Shown here: piece after piece, positions 44,095-53,934 of the stretch
How positions within the stretch are numbered: the first letter of the stretch is position 1
Layout of the letters: every line of letters begins with the position of its first letter
Source of the DNA: Diplonema japonicum
Taxonomy: Eukaryota; Protista; Euglenozoa: Diplonemea
Length of the DNA stretch: 64,000 nt
Assembly: GCA_964019335.1 (NCBI GenBank)
Contig: OZ025715.1
Coordinates: 186,001 to 250,000 of the forward strand
Direction: 5' to 3'
Notes under the pieces: generated by a model
What the model was told of the DNA's origin: nothing
The model's input: the letters and a program-made list of their open reading frames with translations, nothing else
Databases searched by the model: none
Translations under genes and position numbers: made by a program

Positions 44095-44571
44095 GTCCCC
44101 CACCCACCCAAGCAAACAAATGAAGAAACACCCCATCCCCCCCCCCCCCCCCCCCCCATCACGGTGAATTTCTTTTTTTTTTTGATCTTGTTATTTGTGC
44201 GATAAGAGAAGGGGTTTATTTTTATTTATACCTTTTCGGAATAGTTTTTTTTTGGGGGGGGAGAAAGAAAACTACGAGAGTGTAAATCAACAAAAAATAT
44301 TCTGTTTCAACTCAGGCAGCGGGGGGGGGGGGGGGGGGGGGACCCTCCCTCCCCCCTCCCCTTTTTTTTCCATACCCAAGTTATGTTTGCATAGTTCCCC
44401 CTTCCCCCTCCCCCTTTGACCGTTTTCGAAGGTTTACCTCCACCTGGGGTGCCAACGAGAAAACAACCCAGAACGGTGAAAGAACATATGAGGCTACAAC
44501 ACAAAGCTGGTGGCGAACCTTGAACTCAACGTCGTTGCTTCTATTCCTGTTTTTTTTTTTTTTTTTATGTC

Positions 44572-44696
44572 TGAAGGCTGTTCCAATCTGTCGTTTGTCT
44601 ACAAACACCCCATTCGACTGTCACCTTGACGTTAAAAGATCGAGGAAAAAAAAAAAAGAAAAGTTTTTTAAGGGTGGTCCTCAAGCCCTTAAACAT
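44572..44696. repeat. Degenerate dispersed repeat, family B
   Basis: Homologous blocks with 15187-15368. TGAAGGCTGTTC is also found near 12518. Confidence 0.55.
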
Positions 44697-45192
44697 GGTT
44701 TTTTATTTGTTTTCCCCCCCCCTCTCTTTCTTCCCAGATTACACCACGTGTGTGGGGGAGCTACGCCTTCTCCATTGTTCTTGCTCATTTGAAACATTTC
44801 ACACCAAAAAAAAAAAAAAGTTTGGTTGTGTACTCGAAGGAGAAGGGGAGTGATGGGATCCTTTGTGCAGGAGAGGGGGGGGGGGGGGGGGGGGGGGGAT
44901 GTTTGCAGCAAATCCAACGTTGTGATTTTTTTGGGATTTTTTTTGCCTCCCACTACCTTCTTTCCTCCCCCCCCCCCCCCCCCCTCCTTTACATCTTCTC
45001 CACCCTTTGTGGTTTGTATTGAAAGTACTACTATCTCTTTTTTTTCATTTGTTACTTTTTATCCCGATTTTGCCACTACGAAGGAAGCCCCCCCCCCCCC
45101 CCCCCCCATTACCTGTTTGATCAGAGAAGAAGAAAAAAAAAAGAAAATGGAAAAAAGGTTTTCTGCTATTTCATTCATACTTTACCACCACC

Positions 45193-45392
45193 NNNNNNNN
45201 NNNNNNNNNNNNNNNNNNNNNNNNNNNNNNNNNNNNNNNNNNNNNNNNNNNNNNNNNNNNNNNNNNNNNNNNNNNNNNNNNNNNNNNNNNNNNNNNNNNN
45301 NNNNNNNNNNNNNNNNNNNNNNNNNNNNNNNNNNNNNNNNNNNNNNNNNNNNNNNNNNNNNNNNNNNNNNNNNNNNNNNNNNNNNNNNNNNN
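45193..45392. other. Assembly gap (200 N) with duplicated flanks
   Basis: 45066-45192 reappears at 45393-45521, differing in C-run length. Confidence 0.95.
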
Positions 45393-46491
45393 GATTTTGC
45401 CACTACGAAGGAAGCCCCCCCCCCCCCCCCCCCCCCCCATTACCTGTTTGATCAGAGAAGAAGAAAAAAAAAAGAAAATGGAAAAAAGGTTTTCTGCTAT
45501 TTCATTCATACTTTACCACCACCAGCTAGCCTTACAACAAATAAAAAAAAATTAAAAAAAAAAAAAAAAAGAGGAATCGAAAAATAATGCCCGTATTCCT
45601 CCCCCTTCCCCTCATAAGAGCACCCAAAAGGGTAGGAAACAATAAAAAAGGTTTTTTTATGGGGGGGTACTTATGCTCAATTTCCCCCTCACTTCGTTTG
45701 CTGACAGGAGAAAGAAAATCTTTTTCCTCCTTTGTACTTGGAAAAGCGGGGTCTTCCATGGATCTAATGCATTTCACTCTAAAGAACTAAAGAGAGGAGC
45801 AAGGGGAGTGTAAAACAACTAGCTGAGTCCATTTCTCGCCATTGTAAGAAGGAAAAAAAAAAAAAGCAACTTTTAGACAGTCTTACGAATGTCTAAACAA
45901 GCTTTGACGTTGGGGAGGGAAATATATAAAAAAAAAAAAAAAAAAATGAGGGAAAAAAAAAGCACGTAATAGCTTCTTTTTTTTCTTCTTGTTTGCGTTC
46001 TTTCCATTTCCCCCCTTCCTTCTTTCTATGAAACTAATGAAAAGAAACTTTTTTTTTTTAAGTCTGTTTTTTTCTTTTTCTTCTTTTTTTTTCTTGTTTG
46101 CGTTTTGCAGATTCGATCCTCTCCCCTCCCCCCCCCTACACGCTCTTTAAAGGAGCCAGCTACAAAATCGGCAAAATAAAGGGGTTTTTTTTTTTTCTTT
46201 CTCTCTTTTTCTTCTTCCTCTTTTTCTTCCTTACCACCCCCCCTCCCTCCCTTGTTGCTTGAATCGGTCCCCTTGTGGGCCAGATCAAATGACAATATGG
46301 TATCTTGGACACAAACTTTTAGTCAGTTAACCCCGTGTTGCGCCCCCTTTTCTCTCTTTTTTTTTTTTTCTTCCCCCCAAGTAGAATGAAGTTGAAAGAG
46401 CAAGAAAATTGGTTACTTCTTCATTCCCCTCATCTCTTTGCCTGCAGTGAGGGCATCATTATCCTTAAGACTTGCAATTGAGGTTGCCAGG

Positions 46492-46522
<31 letters not shown>

Positions 46523-47416
46523 CCATCCGACGCAGGCTTTCCTCGTCAGTGGTATTTATTATTATTATTATTTTTTCTCGTGTTTGCTGATATTTCTCGG
46601 TCCCTTTAATTGGACTGGGGACGAGTGAATTAAAAAAAAAAAATAATAATAATAAAGTTTAAAAAAAAATAATAATAATAAATCAGTCTTTGTAGGGAAC
46701 TTTCTGGCGCGAGTCAATTATAAAAAAAGAAAAAAAAAATCGGGGCGAATGAATGAAAAAAAGTAAAAATGGAAGGGAAAGTGAAAGAATGAAGAGGGAG
46801 GAGAGAGGACCTCAGTCGGTGTTGTTTATGGTTTGTTCTGCATAATAATTTATATAAATATTTCTTTTTTTCTTCTCTCTTTCTAATTCCGTACCCCCTC
46901 CCCCCTCCCGCGCCTTCCGATCAGTTTCGGAAGTGAGGAAAGAAGAAAAGAAAAAAAAAAAAAAAAAAAAAAAAAAGGAGAAAGAAAAAAAAAGAAAGAA
47001 CTATACCGCTAGTAGTGCTTTTATTCGCCAGGAAATATATTAAAAAAAAAAAAAAAAAAAACTTTTTTTTTCGGATTTAATCCGCCACCACCGATAATAA
47101 AAGTGGGAGCTATTTGAATGGAGTGAAAACAAGAGATGCCATCCACGGCTGACACAAACAAGCAAGCCCAACAATTGGCACCAGGATGCACCTGCAAAAT
47201 GGTTACAACGGTTTTACTTCTTCTCTTCACGAATTGCTCCCCAGGGGAAACTCATCCCTGGCAAGTGCGAGGAGACGGACAAGAAAAAAGAAGAGAGAAA
47301 AAAAAAAGAAAGAAAAGAAATATATTACATAGGCGAACAAAAGTACTAATTAACGCAATTAATTATAGGATGTTCCAAAAAAAAAAAAGAAAGTCTTTTT
47401 TTTTGTTTGTTGTGTT

Positions 47417-47526
47417 TGGTGGGGATAACATCAGATGTGTTGTTCGCCGCTGCCTCCTCGTGGCTGAGCGCACACCGCACGCATTAAGGACGCAACGCTG
47501 TAGCTTGTGCAGGGCGCCACCAACAC
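47417..47526. repeat. Dispersed repeat family A, internally deleted copy 3
   Basis: Retains both ends (GGTGGGGATAACAT.., ..GTGCAGGGCGCC.CCAACAC) and the core ACACCGCACGCATTAAGGAC. Confidence 0.85.
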
Positions 47527-48057
47527 TAACTTTCTTTATCTCTTATTTCTTTTTTTTTTTCGTTGGTAAAATAACTCTTTTGAATGAAACCGAACAACTT
47601 ATTTTATATCCCCCCCCTACCCCACCCCCTCCCTTTAGGATCTGGTACTGTTTATTTTTTTTTTTTTATATTGTTTATTGTTTTATTGTTTTTTTTTTTA
47701 CCTTTTTTTTTTTTTTTTTCTCTGGCACCTTCGCAGCGAATCAGGCCGGGCGAGAACAAAGAGAGCGAGAGAGAGAAAAAAGAAAAAAAAAAAAACGAAA
47801 GGAAAAAGAAAAAAGACAAAACCTTTCCCCCCCAAAAAAAAACACACACAAAACACGCGTCTCAAGGACATCTTCTTTCTTTCTCTCTGTCTCTCTCTCT
47901 CTCAATCTCTCTGTCTCTCTCACTCCCCCTGGTTACGGCTCTTTTTTTTTTTTTAGAAAAAAAAATATTGTTCTCTCCATCCCCCCCCCCCCCCCCCCCC
48001 CCGCACACAAAAAAAAGAGAGGGGGAGGAAAAAAAAAATCCCCCCAACAAAAAAAAA

Positions 48058-49481
48058 ATGAGCGAAACAGGGAGCAACGCAGGGTCAACCACACAACTGT
48101 TAAGACAGGGAAGCTCCGTAAGCCTGACAGGGAGCACGGCAAGCGGGGCACCCGCATCGGGGACCGCGTCCATTCGCGAACGGAGAAACTGGCTGATCCA
48201 CCTACTGTACACAAGACAAGACTACTTCGAGTGCCTGGTCCTCATTGAAGAGCAACTGCAGGACTGTAAGGGTCTCTGCGAATATGCAATATACATAAAA
48301 GCTCTTATAAAACGAGCAAACGGTGAGCTACAAGAAAGCCTGCAACTCTTTCAAGCCGCAACGGTACTAAACCCGCACAACGTCGCAAATCTGAAACAAG
48401 TAGGCCGCAGCCTGTACCTCCTGGGCAAACACCGCGCTGCAATCGGTATTTATGAGGAAGCCAGAGCCTTCAGTGAAGAGGACTGGGAAGTTGCTCACAA
48501 CATGGGTCTATGTTACTTATACCTGAAAAACTATGAAAAAGCAGAGGAAACATTCGTGAAGGCAAATGTGATCCAGCGACACGACGCGACCTACATGCAA
48601 CTTGGGAAACTGTACACACTGCAAGACAAATATCATGAGGCAATCGAAATCTACTTGGAAGCCCTTGATTATTCTCCGGAAAACCCTGAATTGCTTACAA
48701 CAGTTGGGCTGCTGTATCTCCGTTTAAGCGAAAACTTCAAGGCGTTCGATTACCTCGGGAACTCGTTGACCCACGACCCGAAAAACCCAAAGACTATCCT
48801 GGCAGCCGGGTCCATTATTCAAGACCATTCTGACATGGATGTCGCTCTGACGAAGTACAGGATCGCCGCGGTGCAGACACCGAATTCGGCGCAGCTTTGG
48901 AACAACATCGGAATGTGCTTCTTCGGGAAACAGTTCTACATAGCCGCAATCGCTTGTTTAAAGCGGGCTCTGTATCTATCTCCCTTTGAGTGGATCATAG
49001 CCTACAATCTCGGGCTTGTGTATCTCAATACTGGTCAATACGCGTCCGCTTTTCACTATTTCAGCGCGTCCATAAATTTGAAACCCGATTTTGCGTCATC
49101 TTATATGTATTTGGCGATAACTTTGAAGTATGTTTATAAAAAAAAAAAAAAAAAAAAAAAAAACACACAGCCGTCTTGACGATTTCGAGAATGCTTGTTC
49201 TGCATATGAAAAAGCGATTTCGATGGAACGCGACCACCTTTTCGAACTCAATTACGCCATTACTCTTTTTAACAATGACGAGCCTGAACTTGCCAGGCAG
49301 CACTTTCAGGAATTTGAGGCGTATGTGGAAGGGTTGGGAAATATTTTTTTTTTATTTTTTTTACTTTTTTTTTTCTCTTATGCACAGGTGTTTCTCTGAA
49401 CTAGATGATGAAACACGGCAGTCTGACCAAGATATCCTTGATGCCCGCGGCCACCTCCAGGGTGTCTTTAAACGAAGCTGA
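48058..49481 (+). CDS. BBS4: Bardet-Biedl syndrome 4 protein (BBSome TPR subunit)
   Basis: RRNWLIHLLY, NLKQVGRSLYLLGKH, ILAAGSIIQDHSDMDVALTKYR and LWNNIGMCFFGK. Introns 49128-49170 and 49321-49387 restore the frame. Confidence 0.93.
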
Positions 49482-50119
49482 GCGGGGGGTTATATAATTT
49501 CTTTTTTTTTTTTTTCGTTTTGTTTTTTTTTTTAGTGTGTGTCTTTTTATCTTTTTGTTCTTTTCTTGTTTTTTTTTTTTTTTTATTTTATTTTATTTTA
49601 TTTTAGAAAGGATTCTTAGGAAGAAAAAAAAAAACTGCTGACAAGCAGAGTTAGGAGAGAGAAACGGGGGGGGGGGGGGGGGGGGTGCAGTTTAACATAA
49701 GAAGTATAAATACGAAAGAACAAGAAACAATAGAAAAGCTTTTTTTCTCCCCCCCACCACCACCTCTGTAATCTTCTGATCCTTTCTTTTTTTTGTGAAG
49801 TTGGGAACAAAAAAAGGGGGGGGGGTGCTATTGGATATGGTTTACTTTACGACGAAAAAAAAAGAAGGTAAACACAACACGCAAACACGCAAGAAAAAAA
49901 AAAGAAGGAAGAAAAAAAAGGGGGGGGGAAACAAGAAAAGGGAGAAAAAAAAAGAGGAAAAAAAAGCCACCTGGAAAGGGCAACGTGTCCCCCTACCCTA
50001 AGGCACCCCTTCCTCTTTTTTTTTCTTCTTTTTCTTTTTTTTTTTTTTTTTACAGCATTATTTACTTAACACATAACCTTCCATCTTTTCTCTCCCCCCT
50101 CGTTTTTCCTGTCTTATCT

Positions 50120-50156
<37 letters not shown>

Positions 50157-50226
50157 CATCCCATTCTTTTTTTAAGAACGGAGAAAAAAAAAAAGTTTTT
50201 TTTTTTAAAAGGGGGAAAGAGAACAT

Positions 50227-50760
50227 ATGGCGGCCAATTCGAAACGAGACTTGGAAGGAGAAAGAAACGAGAGTGAGGTGAAAAAACAGAAAATCAGCGA
50301 CGAAGAGGATGAAGAGGACTGCGCCGATATCAGTGAACTCGATAATTTGGAAGGGTTCCCGAAAGTAGTGGGGGGAACATGCAATGAAAAACTGGCGGGG
50401 GTGGTGGAAGAGTACCTCAAGAGAATGCAGGAAAACGGTGAGAGCATAACACAGCAGCTCAGCGGGAGGCGGGATTTCTCGAACCCCGATATGCTCCCGA
50501 ACATACTGAAGAAATATGGGATTAACCAGCACGGCACGATGTTGAAGCCCACAGTCTGGGCCATGCCCGGCCCTGGCAACCCGAACAATCTGACAAAGGC
50601 GGACTTCTTCTCGGAAATCTCTGCACAGCAAAACAACAAAAAAGCCCAGCAACAACAACAACAACAACACCCCGTCCCCTCAACCGCATCAACAACCACC
50701 ACCACCACCTCTATAACACGAAAAAGCGGTATTGCCGGCCGAGTCCCTGGACAGAACTAA
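50227..50760 (+). CDS. HCNGP/SAP30-binding-protein-like protein
   Basis: Motif RRDFSNPDMLPNILKKYGINQHGT resembles the HCNGP core (F.NP.......I...GT). Confidence 0.65.
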   Translation: MAANSKRDLEGERNESEVKKQKISDEEDEEDCADISELDNLEGFPKVVGGTCNEKLAGVVEEYLKRMQENGESITQQLSGRRDFSNPDMLPNILKKYGINQHGTMLKPTVWAMPGPGNPNNLTKADFFSEISAQQNNKKAQQQQQQQHPVPSTASTTTTTTSITRKSGIAGRVPGQN

Positions 50761-50803
50761 GGGGAAAAAAAGAAAAAAAAAAAAAAAAAAAAAGGAAGAA
50801 AGT

Positions 50804-50842
<39 letters not shown>

Positions 50843-51291
50843 AACTCGAGCCGGGTTTTCAAGGGGTCACTCCCAGACTTTTAGCGAAAAAGCGAAAAGC
50901 GTCAGGAAGACGAGTTGCCCCTCAAGCTCCGAAACCACTTCTGAGCTCTCGAGGTCTTTTCCTGTCCAGGACCTCTCCCTGCCTTGTAAACCAGTTGCAC
51001 AGAGCCCCTAAGCACATGGGCAAGTTAGTTACCTCTGTAAAGAAATGCAGGGCTTTACCGGTCACACTTCTTGAGGTGGAAAAAAAGCTTCGGTTTTTAA
51101 AGTCGGGGACAATGAAAGAGAATCTGGCATATTGCAGCTACGGGATGAGGACAAAAAAAAAAAAAAAAAAGTCGCACAACTGAAATTTGTCGCACAACTG
51201 AAATTTTAGCGACGTCGCAGAAAACCACCATTGGTGATGAGCTATGCATACAAAATTGTTTTTCCCATGTCAAAAACCCGGACGGAGACAG

Positions 51292-51325
<34 letters not shown>

Positions 51326-51454
51326 CACTGATTTTTAGAAGGGTGCCTGTAGCCTCCCACCCTTTCAAACCCGTGTAAAAACAATGTATTAATTTTATAT
51401 TATTCCCCCCCCCAAAAAAAAAATTCAATCAGTTTTGTAAAAAAAACAAAAAAA

Positions 51455-52048
51455 ATGGGTATCACCCGTAGCAGCCTGCACAAGCGCAGAGTGACTGGTG
51501 GCAAGAAGTCGATCCACCAGAAGAAAAGGAAGTATGAGCTCGGGAGGGTGCCCGCCAACACGAAGTTGGTTATGGGGAACCAGAGGGTGACCACTGTGAG
51601 AACGAGGGGCGGAAACAAGAAGCACAGGGCGCTTAGGCTCGACACTGGTAACTTCTCGTGGGGCAGCGAGAGCTGCACCAGGAAGGCAAGGATTCTCGAT
51701 GTCGTATTCAATGCCACCAGCAACGAGCTGATCAGGACCAAATCGCTTGTGAAAAGCGCTATTTTGGAAATCGACGGCTCCCCCTTCCGTAACTGGTACT
51801 ACAAGCGTTATGGTGTGAAAATCGCCCCCAGAGACAAGACCATTGTGCCCTCTGAGTCCCGTAAGGCCCGTTGGGCTTCTCGCACCTCCAACCTTGAGAA
51901 ACCCCTCCAAGAGCAACTCCGCAGGGGCAAGGTTCTTGCAAAGGTCTCGTCCCGCCCCGGCCAGGACGGCAGGGCCGACGGGTACATCCTTGAGGGCGCC
52001 GAGCTTGCGTTCTACAACAAGAAAATCAAGTCGAAGAACAGGAAATAG
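51455..52048 (+). CDS. RPS8: 40S ribosomal protein S8
   Basis: [31 protein letters not shown] and [16 protein letters not shown]. Confidence 0.98.
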   Translation: MGITRSSLHKRRVTGGKKSIHQKKRKYELGRVPANTKLVMGNQRVTTVRTRGGNKKHRALRLDTGNFSWGSESCTRKARILDVVFNATSNELIRTKSLVKSAILEIDGSPFRNWYYKRYGVKIAPRDKTIVPSESRKARWASRTSNLEKPLQEQLRRGKVLAKVSSRPGQDGRADGYILEGAELAFYNKKIKSKNRK

Positions 52049-52262
52049 GCAACGGAGTGGGAAGGGAGGTAGAGGGAAAAAAAAATAATAATAACAGTAT
52101 TACGACAACGAAGGAAAAAAAAAAAAAAAAAAAAAAACTACAATTCGATCAAGTCACATTTTTTTTTTCCCCTTCTCATTCCCCCCCCCCCCCTTTTTGA
52201 GATACATCGGTGGAGGAAAAAAAAAGGATTTTTTTACAAAAAAAAAAAAAAAAAAAAAAAGG

Positions 52263-52886
52263 ATGAAAGTCATCCTCTTACTTGCGATGGCTGCTTGCCT
52301 GTTGCCGATGACATCGTGCGAAGAGGCTATTTTTTCGGGGGGGTGTTTTTGGAAGCTGAAAGATGTTTACGCCAAACTGGACGGGGTGGAGGCTGTGGTG
52401 CTCGGGTACATAGGCGGGTGGAACAAGATGCCCAGCCAAGAAGACGTTATAGTGGGCAAGACGGGCCACGCAGAGTCGGTCATGGTGAAGTTCAAGGAGG
52501 ACATTGTGTCTTATAGGTACTTACTGAAAGTGTTTTGGAGGGCACACGACGCGACCCTGATCGGCTCACAGGGTCTTGACGTAGGAACACAGTTCCGGTC
52601 TGCCTTGTGGCCCCTCTCCCGTGAGCAGTACAACGTTGCCTCAGCTTCTATGAACGCAACGCACGATGGGACAAACCCCATCAGAACAACCCTTCAGCTC
52701 ACCACCTTGGAGGCCTTCCAACCTGCCAACATGTCCGCTGTAAAATTCCACTGTCGTCTTGCCGATTCTGAATCCATTCCCACCAGCGCTCAAAATGTTC
52801 CCATCCTCTCCGAGCCTGTTAGAAGCAACCTTTCCGGTGTGAGGACCAAGCGTTCTGAAACAACGCAGCTTGACCCTGTCCTGTAG
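52263..52886 (+). CDS. msrA: Peptide methionine sulfoxide reductase A-like protein with signal peptide
   Basis: GGCFW, GYIGG, TGHAESV and GTQFRSA; hydrophobic N-terminus. Confidence 0.85.
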   Translation: MKVILLLAMAACLLPMTSCEEAIFSGGCFWKLKDVYAKLDGVEAVVLGYIGGWNKMPSQEDVIVGKTGHAESVMVKFKEDIVSYRYLLKVFWRAHDATLIGSQGLDVGTQFRSALWPLSREQYNVASASMNATHDGTNPIRTTLQLTTLEAFQPANMSAVKFHCRLADSESIPTSAQNVPILSEPVRSNLSGVRTKRSETTQLDPVL

Positions 52887-52887
52887 G

Positions 52888-52918
<31 letters not shown>

Positions 52919-53522
52919 CCCTTCCCTGAATAAAGAAAAACAAAAAATTTAAAAGAATGGTTTTATCTATTACTCATCCCCTCCTCAGCTTTCTTTTTAA
53001 CCTGATGCACACCGACCTTGGGGGGGGGGGGGGGGGGTCCAATTTAGCAATTTTGATACTGTGGGCGGGGTAAAAACGGGCAGAATGCCACCACAGCAAG
53101 TGTGTACAATGTGTACAGGTAACAAGGGGAGTTCATTTAAAAAGTCTGGAAACAGATGTTGAACTTGCGAAAAATGAGATTAAAACGGCAGCGTACAGCC
53201 CTCTCTGAGTACCAGGACGGAGACAAGAACCTCTTCTGTCTAAGAAGTTGTCTTAACGCGTTTTCAGGGTTTGGGGTGTGCAAGGTGCGGAAGCACGGTG
53301 GCCTCTCGGTATCGACGGCATAGATGTGGGACTCATTTACACTGAGATCCAGGACTGAATTGTTGGAGTCAGGGTTGTACTTGGCGCGTCCAAAGTTGAT
53401 CCTTGAATCCCCAAGGCTTCAGAACATTGCTCCACGCACTCTCCACCACTGGAGGCCGCTCATTCATGCCGGGTTTGCGCTTGTTTTGTCATCAGCGCGC
53501 GTCTTTCCTTTTTATTGAAAAT

Positions 53523-53553
<31 letters not shown>

Positions 53554-53934
53554 CTTCAAAGGCCCTAAATTCAGTTTCTCCTCCGTAATATTCTTCTCCC
53601 CCTCCCCCTGCAGAGAAAAGCGTCTCATAGCACGGGCAAGGGGGGGGGGATCAAAAAAAAGTGGGGTGCGTAATGAGCAGCGTATCACCCGGAACGTTGA
53701 ATGGCAATGAACAATAAGGGATAAGTGGGATGATGTCTAAAAATATAAAAAGAAGAAAAGAAAAATGGAAAAGAGAAAACCCGAAAGAGATTGAAACACC
53801 ATGGTTGGTACCCTGTTGACGAAGCACCTCTCGAAACCTCCGTGCACGTGTTTATACAGGGCCCAATTTTTGTACCCTTTTTTGTTAATTCTTCACGTAC
53901 ACCTAACAACCGCTCAACCCAGGTCGGCTTTGAG

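Noticed and set aside
45066-45521. Direct repeat flanking the N gap
   Set aside because: Most likely unmerged overlapping contig ends, not a biological duplication.
5978-50281. Many short K/F/P/G-rich ORFs on both strands
   Set aside because: They are translations of homopolymer tracts, which lack stop codons.
52997-53520. TTAACC-starting complex region suggesting a second piggyBac-like end
   Set aside because: No matching opposite TIR or transposase motif found.
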